NCBI RefSeq assembly: GCF_006345805.1 | Contig: NC_042998.1 | Span: forward strand, 40,052,001-40,116,000 | DNA: 64,000 bases | Direction: 5' to 3' | From: Octopus sinensis | Taxonomy: Eukaryota | In this document: piece by piece, positions 52,885 through 64,000 of the stretch | Position numbering within the stretch: the first letter of the stretch is position 1 | How the letters are laid out: each line of letters starts with the position of its first letter | Made by a program: the position numbers and the translations under genes | The notes under the pieces: generated by a model | Databases searched by the model: none | The model's input: the letters and a program-made list of their open reading frames with translations, nothing else | Told to the model about the DNA's origin: nothing

Positions 52885-55800
52885 GTAATCATTATTTGAA
52901 ACTACATGTTTTAAATTTTTGTATATAAATTATATCTCAAGACTGGCTTAGTGTTTGTTTTATTAGATGCAATCCATTGTTTTTAATGCTGAACATTAAT
53001 ATTCAAGGAAACCTGAGTTCTTTGTTAGCAAAAATGGATTCAACGAAGAGCAAACAGTTAACAACACTACTAGATTATCTACTTTTTTGCTTTTTACTGT
53101 TTTCAAAACTTAGTTGTTCTTTGCTTTTACTTTCTCCTTCAGTCATCATCAAAATCAGTTTTTGCATGCTTTTCATACAGGTCATCATGTTCTGAGTTAG
53201 TTGTCTTGAACAATGTAATAATTTTTAATAGCAAAGTTCTATTATATAACTCATAAATTATGTTTTAATAATTTTATGTTTGAATATCAAGTGGATATGC
53301 TGACTGTAGTATATAAAGCTCTGACATGAAGTTTTTGTTCAAATATAGTTGGATTATTTACAATAAGAAACTTACTATTTAGTTGCTAAAAGGAAAAAAA
53401 TGTAAGTAAAACTGAGAACACTATATCATACTGGAAGTAATTTATTGCCTATAATAATTGATAATACACATGTAACCAAAAGTATTCTTTGTAGATCAAA
53501 TGTTTCTTAAAAAGGATTTTCTTTTTAAAGTCAATGTTTTTGTTAAGGAATGCAAATAAATTATATAAAATTAGAGTAATTTCTTTTGCTTATATTTTAT
53601 CACTATCTATTATTCATATAAAAATTTCCATCTTGGCTTGTATGGAATAGTTCTTCAGAACAGATTCTTTGGATACATTTATCAGCATTGCTTTCTCTAC
53701 ATCATCATATTGCATTCTATTATTTCTAAAGCTGAAAAGCAAAGTTAACATTGATTATACTTTATCTGCAGTCCATAAGATAATAAACTAGGAATTAACT
53801 TTCTGGTTCCCATATCTGTTCATAACCTTCATTGCTCTTTACCATATAATAATGTAATATAAACAGCGATTTCACTTGTGAAAGTGAACCTTAAAATTTA
53901 TTCTTATATCATTCACCTGATTGTCTTAGAAAGCAGGGTGACTGACATAATTTCTTCATTCATTTCTTATAGGTTGTGGTAGAAGATGATGTTTCACAGA
54001 AGAAAGATAAAGAAAGTAAAAAATATGCAAAGACTTCAAAGAAAAGAAATAAAGAAAGGCAAGCTTCGATGCTGCCTCGTGCCATATGGACTAAAAATCA
54101 TCAAATTAAAAACTCTGGCTCTGCTGTATCAGCCACACCTAAGAAAATTCTTTCAAATGTCACTGTTCTTAATCAGAAAAATTGTTCTTTAGTGGCTGAT
54201 TATGATTCTGATTCTGATAATGGTGAAAATAAAGAAGAACAAGAAAAGAAAACCAAAGTGCCATCAATAAAAGAAAAGGAAGAAAACAAGAGGAAAAGAG
54301 TACATTCTCCTGAAAAAAATATAAAGGAAAGTGGGATTTTACCTGTGAATACTGCAAGAGAGAAAGTTCAGGTAAAATGGATTCAAAGTTTCCAAGAAAA
54401 GAAGTTACTTCATTTGCCTTTAGAAGCAAAACCTGAAAAACCTCAAAAGAGAAAGATAAAAAAGGCAAAACGATCTGTAAAATCCAAAGAGTCAGAAGGT
54501 TTAACAGAACCAGCAAAAATTTTAGAAGATAGTCCTAAAAAGAAAAAAGTAGCCAAAAAGAAAACATCTAAGATAAAATCCAAAACTTTAAAGAAACCTC
54601 TCAAGTTACCAGAAACCAGTGATTCTAATACTACCACCTCACAGATAGATTCTGATTCTACAAAGAAAAAGAAAATTGTAAAAAAGAAGAAGAAAACAGT
54701 TTCAGTACCTGCCAATAAAAATAATTCTTGTATTTTGGATGGAATAGATGACCATTCTTCATTAGTTGATTCTCAGTTACAAGCAGCAAATGCATACCCA
54801 AGTGATGTGTCAGAAAGTCCTTTACCAATTTCTCATGATGTATTTGGCTTTAGATGTAAGTATTTGTTTTGTGTAAACTTTTTGAGATTACTATAGTTGA
54901 TGTTTAATGTGCAAAGAAGATAGACATTAAGGTTTATAAATTGATAGGCAATTGTAAATGTTTTGTTGAGAAATTCTACTTCTAACTTGAAATACCATGG
55001 TACTTGTTTATAATTCCATATGATTGCCTTGCTGTATTCAAGAAGATCTGTTCATCATAGCAGAATTGATACTGGTGCTGGGACCAAGTTAAATAGTACT
55101 GGTGCTAGTGTCACATAAAAAAAAACACCCAGTATACTCTGTAAAGTGGTTGGTGTTAGGAAGGGCATCCAGCCATAGAAACCATGCTAAAAACAAACTA
55201 TGAAACCTGGTGTGGCTGCCGCCTTTACCAGCTCCTGTCAAACCATCCAACCCATGCCAGCATGGGAAATAGACGTTAAATGATGATAGTGAAGTGGTGT
55301 TTGTACATTTCATTCAGATTTAACATTTCTGAGTTCAAATTCTTGATGGGTTGATTTTGTCTTTTAGGCTTTGGGTTGGGGAGAAATCAATAAAACACCA
55401 GTGACATACAGCAGCTATGAGATTAAGGGATTCAGATTTTTCTACCTATCATTGTAGTGTGCTCTTAAGCAAGACATCTAACTATGCCTGCTCAGTTTCC
55501 TCACTCCTACTTAAAAGAGGAGAGGCCAATTGTAAGAACAATTGCTTCAGCAGTAATCCACCATACTCATGCAAGCATGGAAAAATGAATGTAAAACAGG
55601 AATTGTGTGTATGTGTTTTTCCAACCTTGTGGTTTGGGGTTCAGTCCCACAGCACAGACATGGATGTGTGATTGAGAAGCTTGCTTCCAAGTCAGTCCCA
55701 CTGCATAGCACTTTGGGCTTCCAGCTGTAGAAAATCTGCCTCAACAATTTGTCTGATCTATGCAAGCATGGAAAAGTGGATGATAAATGATGTCTTCTTG

Positions 55801-58800
55801 GATTATTTTATTGTTTGATCCAATAATTAATGCTATTCCTGGTGCCACCACATTTTGGTTATAGCAAGACAACTATTATGCTTGATGACGATCTGTTTTA
55901 TTGGGTCTTTTATTGAATCTGGAACATTAATCCTTAATTAATCTCGTAGTACATCAATTTACAGTTTAAAAAATTTTTTATTTCCAAAGGGAAAAATCAT
56001 CATAATAGTAGACATACTTATAAACATAAGAAAGAAGTATTGCTATACTCAGTATCAATTACAGGATAGTAATAGACACTAGAGGAGGTGCATGATTTAG
56101 TTGTTAGGGTGTTGAACTAATGATTGCGAGATTGTGGTTTCAATTCCTGGACTGCACAATGCATTGTGTTTTTGAGCAAAATACTTCATTTCACGTTGCT
56201 CCAGTCCACTCAACTGATAAAAATGAATTATATTTGACAGACTGGTGACCCACCCAGAGAGGAATATATACACCAGAAAAATTGGGAAACTGGCTCCATG
56301 TTCCTTACAGAGTAATGTGGACAAACCATTAGACAGTAGATGTTCAAAACTATAAAACTTGTCTGCTCTCTCCCACTCTAACCCTTTTCCATCAATTATT
56401 AATTTAATTTCTAAGATATGGTAATGTAGAAGTAAGCTGGTGATTAATGGTTATGAAATTCTCTTAAAATAAAAGAGTTGCTGTGAAAAAACACACTATA
56501 AATGTAGGTTAAAAAGGAATTTAGTACAATCTGCACTATAAAACAATGATACTAATTCTCACATTAGTTTTCTTCTCATGTGTATATTTTGTATATTAGC
56601 ACATTTCTTTTTTTGCTAAATTATAATCTCTGATATTGAAAACATATGAATCTGAAAAAACGTATTAAAAAAAAAATTACTGGTTCAAAAGTTATAGGGT
56701 TGGGGGAATTCTGAAAAAGTACCCAAACTTCTTATCACACAGCTATGCCTGCACCTATAGAAATATTCACTTGATTTTCCTTCTTTTTGATGTAGCAATA
56801 ATTATAATTGAATTCATTGGTTGTTATTTATTGTTTCAGATTTAACACAACCTATGGAAGTAGATACTTGCCAAGAAGAAGAAGCAATGGTTGTAGAAGT
56901 CAGTTTTCATTTATGAATTTTTACTTTTTGCATTGCAAACTATTTCAATTAGTTGTCTAATTATGCCAAGGAGGATCATTTCCCAGACTTTTACATCATT
57001 TTCATTATTGTAAAACCTCTCCTCAATACTGCTGTCTCTACAACAACATCTTAGTTTAACTTACCTCTGGAATTTTACACATCATCATCATTATAACATC
57101 CACTTGCATGGGTTGGGCAAAATTCATTGTGATAGATATTCTATGGTCAGACACCAACTTTCCCCTTTTATCAAGCAAGGTAGTAATAACCTAACCTGCC
57201 ATAGTTACATGATCAGTAGGAAACAAGCAACACTGTTAAATGAGCCTTTTGTTTACAAAGATTGGAAAACATGTCAGGATGTGTTGATAAACCTGGACAT
57301 GTTTTCTGTGATTGACTGAAAGCAGTGGACACCACTTGCATTGTTGTTTATTGTTAGGAAACACATGTAAAGATATGGGGAAATACAAGCTCACTCAAGA
57401 TGCTCAAGTGTGTGTGCACACATGCACACACACACACACACACATGCACACATGCACGCACACACACACACACACACACACTCTCACAATGTATCTCCTT
57501 CACCATCTCTCTCCCCTCTTCTTTTTCTACAGGGGTAACTATATATCTCCTCTACAGCAAAGCACCTGTTTCTATCCCTCTATCATACTCTAACCTCTCG
57601 CCACTTGGCAGAAAGCCACACCCCTTAGTGCTATTCACTCCTTAGTTGAGGATGTCTTGTCTTTTGTATTACTTAGTGACCTTACTAGTACTGGTGCTAC
57701 ATAAAAAGCACCCAGTACACTCTGTAAAGTGGTTGGCATCAGGAAGGGCATCCAGCTGTAGAAACTAGGCAAAAAGCTGACAGTAGATATTAGTGTAGCC
57801 CTCTGGTTCAGCAGCTCCAGTCAAACTTTCCAACCTATACCGGCATGGAAGAATGGAACGCAGATGTTAAATGATGTTTGTGTATATATGTATGTATGTG
57901 TGTGTGTATATATATTTATATATATATATGTGTATGTATGTATGTATGTATGTATGTATATATATATATATATATATATTTAGCATGCAGCTTAGTGGTT
58001 ATGGTATTTGGCTAATGATTGTAAGTTTGATACCCAGTGGCATGTTGTGTCCTTGAGAAAGACACTTTATTTCACATTATTCCAGTCCACTCAGTTGACA
58101 AAAATGAGTTGTACCTGTATTTCAAAGGGCTAACCTTGATGCCCTTTTTAATACCATTCACTTTACTGTGTGTACTAGGTGTTTTTTATGTGGAACTCGC
58201 AGCAATCAGATCACCAAGTAACTTACAAAACAAGACCCTTGAACTGAGCAGGGAGTAGTATTGAGAGAAGTGACTTTGTGGCAGATAATTAACAGAGAGA
58301 GGGAGAAATAGATGTCTTGCAGTAGAGAAGATACATAGCTACCTCAGTTGAAGAAAGACGGTGGTGGCGGGGAGAAGATTTTACAGCCTGATGCTCTTCC
58401 TGTTGTTAACTAGTTTCTATTTTTCGAGTATGTCTTATTTCATGCTGCTTTGATGGTATGAAGCAAGTGGATGATTTATTAACAAAGAAACTGATATCAA
58501 CAACACTGTCTATGAATTATAACTTCTTAAGACATGGATATGTAAACACAGAAATACACACACACTGAGAGAGGCTTCTTTCAATATTTGTTTACTAAGT
58601 CCACTCATAAAGCTTTGGTCAGCTCAAGGTTATAGTAGAAGACATGTGCCCAAAGTGGGAAATGAACTTCTTAATTATGCAGTTTTTATTACAATTTGTT
58701 TTGGTCCATTATACAGAATATTAAAAAAATTATGATTTAAATTTGTGCATGGACTTTTTACATTATTTTTTCAGATTTAATCATTTATTATTGTCATTTC

Positions 58801-61800
58801 CCCTATTTCAGATCGAAGAAGTACGTAAAATTTTGATTTGTCAGCCTTCAAATGAAGTAAGTATATTTTGAAAAATGTTTTAGCAATAAAATCAATTAAT
58901 GTAATTTATCTTGCATTTACTTAGCAAATTCATCAGTATTCAAAATTGTCTTTTTATATTTCATTTTCCTTTCTCTTGATATTTTCCAACAGGTAATGGG
59001 AGATTTGACAGGGAGCATTTCTGAAGATTATGCAGCAGTCACTAATTCATCCCCTAAACAGGTTTGTCATTTTTTTTTTATGTTATCCTACTCTGATGAT
59101 CTCTAGAATGGTTATTAGTCTTCAATGAGCTTAGTTCAAAACCATTTGAAACAGTTAATTGTAACTGTTTGATTTCAGTTATGTTGCTAGTCACTATACC
59201 AATGTCTATTTTCCCTCCAAACTAAAATGTTTTGAATCTCTCAAATCATACCAGTTTTGCTATTCAACTAATTATGCAATACAATCATAATTGTTCTACA
59301 CAAAAGCAAATATCTTTATAGAAAGAAAATACAATGCAAATGTTCAGATATGATCACAGGTTCATTCCCTCTTGATTTTATATATTACTTGTATTAATCA
59401 TCGTTGTTGTCATCATCATCATCATCGTTTAACGTCCGCTTTCCATGCTGGCATGGGTTAGACAATTTCACATGGAGCTGGCTAGCAGGGAGCTGTAGAC
59501 AGGAACTTCACTGCAGGCTAGCTAGGAAGTTGGTCAGTAGCGAAAGGGACTTCCAGTCGGAGAAGAAAAACGAAAGAATGTCAACAGTTAGTGTTAAATG
59601 AATGTGAATGAACTAGGCGAGTTCATCAAGGTGGCGAGCTGGCAGAATCGTTAGCACGCCAGGCAAAATGCTTTGTGGTATTTAGTCTGCCACTACGTTC
59701 TGAGTTCAAATTCTGCCGTGGTTGACTTTGCCTTTCATCCTTTCGGGGTTGATTAAATAAGTCCCAGTTATGCACTGGGGTCAATATAATCGACTCAATC
59801 CATTTGTCCTTGTTTGTCCCTTCTGTGTGTAGCCCCTTGTGAGCAGTAAAGAAATAAGAATCTGAATGAACTAAACAGAAATAACTAGTGACTTAAGCCC
59901 TGATGTACATAAAGTAATAAACCTTTGATAAATGTACTCACAGCTCCACTAGTTTGTTTGTGTATAGCTTAACAAAGCTATGCTATGATCCTTTCTGTGA
60001 CTTTCATCACCTGGTCCAGCAATTTGATGTTTCTGTAATTATTTTTGTCTAAGGCATCGTCACCTTTGCCTTTGTAGCAGTTGACTATAATGCTGCTACA
60101 CCAATCTTTGGGTAGGACTCCCTCATGGACAACCTGATTAACTATACAGGTGATGAGGCCATATCCTACTCTGCCAGTCAGGGTATGGAGTTGGATATGG
60201 CCTAGTCACCCATATAGTTCATCAGGTTGTCCATGAGGGAATCATACCCAACAGTTACATTTAATATTTGATTTCTATGGTGGCATGGGTTGGATTGTTC
60301 ATCACAGTCCAAGTCAGTGTTTATTCAGAGTTACTACCCACTGAGACAATCATATATTATTTATTAACCTTTCCACTGAGGTCAGATTTACCTTTCATCC
60401 TTCTGGGATCAATAAAATGTTGCACTGGAATTTATTTAATTGGCTTACCTATCTTCACAAGATTTCAGACCTTGTGCCTATATTAAAAAGTAGTGTCAGA
60501 AAATTATTTTTATTAACCCTTTTAAAAAAAAATGAGAAGGTTAAGAAGAAAAAAAAGATGATGTGTTTGTTATAATCTTTATTGTAACAAACACGTTTGT
60601 TACAATCTTAATAGTTTTTCGTAAGTATGTATTTGTTCTTAGTGAGCTAGAAGTTGATTTGCTTCAATTATTTTCTTTTATTTAGATGGCTTACATAATA
60701 CTTGATACCAATATTTTACTCTTAAAGTCTGGTTTAGCTGTGATAGAAAAAATCCGAGATGGTTTTTATTCAGGTAAAGTCATTTTCTTTTCCTTAATAT
60801 AATGCAATATAATAATTTTTATATTATATTTATGTACTTTGAAGTAATGTTCAGAGATATTGATGAATAAAATGAAGCAAAAATTTGTTACACTTGTTGA
60901 ATCTCTTGCATTTGTTGAACATCTTGCACTTAAAACAGAATTAAAACTTTGAAAATATTACAATACTTTTAATAGCACTTTGCTACTGAAATTGTGTTTT
61001 TTTTTAACTCTTTAACATTCAGGTTTCTTTGTCAAATGTATTTATTCACATTTTAAAAATTAATCACACGTTATCTTGTAGCTTCAAGATTTCAATGGTG
61101 TGTTTGTATATTTTTAGAATGACATTGTAGGATAGGTATGAGAGGTTGGATCTGGTCAGTTTTAACTTAAAACAGGTAGAATATTTGGGCCAGATATGGC
61201 TGGATTAAATGCTAAAGGGTTGATGCAGAAAAAGAGGGACAAAGTCCATCTACCCTAACACAATTGAGGGCTGCTGTACTAGAGATGAAAGATTAGGTTC
61301 AGTGTTTATTAACTTTAGGATCTGGAAGGTGAGACATAGTAGGAATGATAAGAAAGGTGACTAGAAAGAGGGAGGGTATATAGTAAAGTAGTTCAAAGGA
61401 GCATATGTCATTGTCACAGCAGAATATGAGGCAGAGAGAAGTAAGGGTGCCAGTCAGATGGACGTCCATTACAAAACAGTGAAGGATATTTGTTTGCTTG
61501 GAACAGTGTCATCCCATAATACTTCAATATATCTAAATAGTACACTAATGGTCTTTCTTGAGTTTATGGAGGGTCGTCAAGCAATCAGGGCTAAGGTATT
61601 TTCTGAGTGTGAAAAGGAAGCTTAGTCATTAGGGATGCAAATTTGGCAATTTTGTATATGTGAGGTTTCCATAAAATCTCATCAGAAATTGTAAGATTCA
61701 GATTGTTAGGTTGCTACGTTTGTGTTGCATGATTTACATTCAGTGCCTAAACCTCTTGTGTATTGTCATCATCATTATGATCATTGTCACCAGTTGGGAT

Positions 61801-63368
61801 GTAGGATTCATAACAACTGTATAATTGGTTGAGTACTTTTTAAGCTAAATTAGTCAAAGGAGGAAAGGTAGTGTCCATGACCTATGCAGGTCTTCTCACA
61901 CACTGGAAAGTTTGACAGAATTGATGTGCAGTTTGAACATCTATGTTGATATCTGAAAAAAAAAATGGTAACAAGGAGAGCTCTAGGAAAAAATAATTTG
62001 ACCAAATATTTAGTATGGAATCTGGAGGTGAGATACTAGAGGGATGACAAGATGAGAAATGCTTATTATGTCAAATAGGCCATGCAGTAAGCTAGTTCAG
62101 CAAGCTTGTCATTACTGTAGGTAAAAGAGGCAGAGAATACAAAAACAGTGCATCTGTGAACCAATGTATTGATAACTGAACTTTTACTAGACTGTGGAAT
62201 ATTTGTTACAGCAACAGCAGTGCCAACACAGATGTGTGAGCAATGCACCAGTACAAGTCTTGGCAACATATAAATCATCTTGATAAATGTAGCAAAGATC
62301 AGAAGTATTTAGCACTTTGAGTACCATGGAAAACAGCTTCCAGATTTTCTTCAAATACAGGAAACAACAAAGGCAGTTTAACAGTATTATTATTGCAATA
62401 ATAATAATTTGTGGATATGGTGTTGGGTTACAGGGTTGTAGGCCTTTGTCAAGATTTTACTTGTTTATCTTTAATTACTGGGCAGTTATTTTTTTATACA
62501 CTGTAAGGACACTATGAATGATGTTTAAGTTACTAAGCTGCTTATTAGTTACTTAATTTAGTCCTATTAGTTTAACACTGATCGCCAACCCCTTCCATCT
62601 GTGGGTCATTGTCTTTATTATGTATCATCATCCAGCTGTATGCTGTACTAAAAAATCTACCAAACTAACATTTAGGAAGCAATCCTTAAATTCTAGATAC
62701 CAAATCAATCATGCTTCATACTATTTTTGGGGACATATTATATAATCTATTCTACATGTTAAAGTTCAGGTTTTATGCATATAGAAAATAATCTCTCCAA
62801 CACTGTGTTTCTATATAGTTTGTAATTATAAAGTTTTTTGGAGCATATTAAAAAAAATATTTAGCTAATTCTCTTTTGCTGATTTTTCTCAGATATTGAA
62901 AGATCACCATTTATTGTGGTACCTTGGGTTGTCATGCAAGAATTAGATGCTCTTAAATCCAAAACTCGAATGGTGAGTTTCCTTAGTTGGATATTCAATT
63001 AAATTATTGAGTGTGTATAGAAGAAAACTTTCTTACTGCTGAGTATATGGACATTTGAGCTACAGAACATTTGTAAATTCTAATTTCTGTCTCTGAATGG
63101 TTGTTCCTCATTTTGGAGAGAACTTATATTCCAACTTAATTTTCTTGTACATATCTATTAAAAATGATATCTATATAAATATTTATTATCAGTGTTATTG
63201 TTGTTGTGTAATTAAATCATTGTTTTAAAGTGGTTGTGGTTTCTTTATTTGTCTTTGTTTAATTTGCAGAACTCATCCACTGCGAAACATGCTCAGAGAG
63301 CCATATCATTTCTTTTCAGTTGCTTCAACAAAAAGCATCCTCGAATTATTGGACAGTCTTCAAGAGAG
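52759..63368 (+). CDS. SWT1: SWT1-like PIN-domain RNA endoribonuclease with N-terminal WW domain, 5' part of gene: coding exons 52759-52884, 53973-54855, 56840-56898, 58812-58856, 58993-59061, 60686-60773, 62893-62972, 63270-63368; continues beyond right edge
   Basis: Eight GT-AG exons chain with consistent phases. They give a WW domain (LPPGWLSRESKTHPGKFFYYNKETGLTTWVKP), a 294-codon Lys/Ser-rich exon, the MEVD...AMVVE|IEEVRK motif and a PIN domain (YIILDTNIL...FIVVPWVVMQELDALK...AQRAISFLFSCFNKKHPRIIGQS), resembling SWT1 IPWVVMQELD...AVHFI...LWGQS. Confidence 0.85.
53973..54855 (+). CDS. SWT1: SWT1-like exon: long Lys/Ser/Glu-rich low-complexity region (883 nt)
   Basis: Longest ORF of the track (53976-54896); acceptor catttcttatAG, donor AGAT|GTAAGT, phase 0-1. 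Confidence 0.85.
56840..56898 (+). CDS. SWT1: SWT1-like exon (YLTQPMEVDTCQEEEAMVVE)
   Basis: Acceptor ttattgtttcAG, donor GAA|GTCAGT, phase 1-0 matches neighbours. Confidence 0.8.
58812..58856 (+). CDS. SWT1: SWT1-like exon (IEEVRKILICQPSNE)
   Basis: Acceptor ccctatttcAG, donor GAA|GTAAGT, 45 nt phase 0-0. Confidence 0.8.
58993..59061 (+). CDS. SWT1: SWT1-like exon (VMGDLTGSISEDYAAVTNSSPKQ)
   Basis: Acceptor attttccaacAG, donor CAG|GTTTGT, 69 nt phase 0-0. Confidence 0.75.
60108..60251. repeat. Long inverted repeat (64-bp arms, 16-nt loop) in SWT1 intron
   Basis: Arms 60108-60171 and 60188-60251 differ at 8 of 64 positions by manual alignment. Confidence 0.9.
60686..60773 (+). CDS. SWT1: SWT1-like exon: start of PIN domain (MAYIILDTNILLLKSGLAVIEKIRDGFYS)
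   Basis: PIN DTN motif; acceptor ttttatttAG, donor CAG|GTAAAG, phase 0-1. Confidence 0.88.
61240..62350 (-). mobile_element. Degenerate LINE relic, antisense in SWT1 intron
   Basis: Less AT-rich, coding-like minus-strand sequence with many stops; CSHICVGTAVAV resembles the endonuclease-RT linker of CR1/Jockey-like LINEs; weak. Confidence 0.35.
62893..62972 (+). CDS. SWT1: SWT1-like exon: PIN domain (DIERSPFIVVPWVVMQELDALKSKTRM)
   Basis: PWVVMQELD motif; acceptor tttttctcAG, donor ATG|GTGAGT, phase 1-0. Confidence 0.9.
63270..63368 (+). CDS. SWT1: SWT1-like exon: PIN domain (NSSTAKHAQRAISFLFSCFNKKHPRIIGQSSRE)
   Basis: Acceptor aatttgcAG, donor GAG|GTATGT, 99 nt phase 0-0. Confidence 0.88.
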
Positions 63369-64000
63369 GTATGTTACTAAGTAAAATTTAACCAGATTAA
63401 GGACTTTACATATTTAAAATCCTTTTTATTCTTCTCAGCAGTATTCTTGAAAGAACAAATAAAATTGTATTATCAATTCTTTTGAAGTAACACTAATCTG
63501 TATTTTCTGTTTAGAATTCTGATAACATTCTAAAACAAGTGCTTTCTTGATTTCCGTTTTTTGTTTCTACTCTGTTATTAATTCTGATTGATACATTTAA
63601 TTAGTAATTTCTATTTTTATTATGAATAAGTTGTTATTGGATTCTGCTATGAATAAGTTGTTATTGGATATAGAAGTAACCAACACATCAAATACTTGAT
63701 TTCTTGCAAAATCAGAACTACAGAATATTTAGAATATTTTGTTAACTAAGTTGATTAAAATTCAAAGTCAACTATTATATGATTTTCATTCAAAGTTTTC
63801 ATGTATTAAAAGATTTATTAATTACACCCTCTAGGGTGAACTAGCTTTAAATTTGAGATTTGAATTTTGTCAGACCCTATAACTCTATTAACTTTCTCAT
63901 TATGATCATCTTATCTTAATTGAATGTATGGTCATGAATTTTATAGTGGATTGGCTAGTCCTAGTATTACGGGTTGATAAATGCAGGTTTTTCATGTCAA

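Overview
AT-rich, microsatellite- and SINE-dense metazoan genomic DNA. The repeat families look like those of Octopus (inference from recognition, not a database hit). Two intron-containing genes point away from each other, each with a CpG-enriched promoter-like zone. On the minus strand are the first four coding exons of an ER alpha-1,2-mannosidase (MAN1B1-like; ATG at 18739, 13-kb first intron, catalytic domain beyond the left edge). On the plus strand are eight coding exons of a WW + Lys-rich + PIN-domain SWT1-like RNA endonuclease (ATG at 52759, continuing past the right edge). The ~30 kb between them has no recognisable protein-coding gene. It holds a near full-length decayed hAT transposon with an intact 8-bp TSD, an LTR-retrotransposon relic with a tRNA-Trp primer-binding site, an unclassified long-TIR element carrying TTAGGG-containing tandem repeats, LINE relics, many SINEs and a few orphan exon-like signals. 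Tc1/mariner (D37D) and Tigger fossils lie in MAN1B1 intron 1. No CRISPR, rRNA or genuine tRNA genes were seen. I found no demonstrably new biological system; the best leads are structural and are listed as findings.
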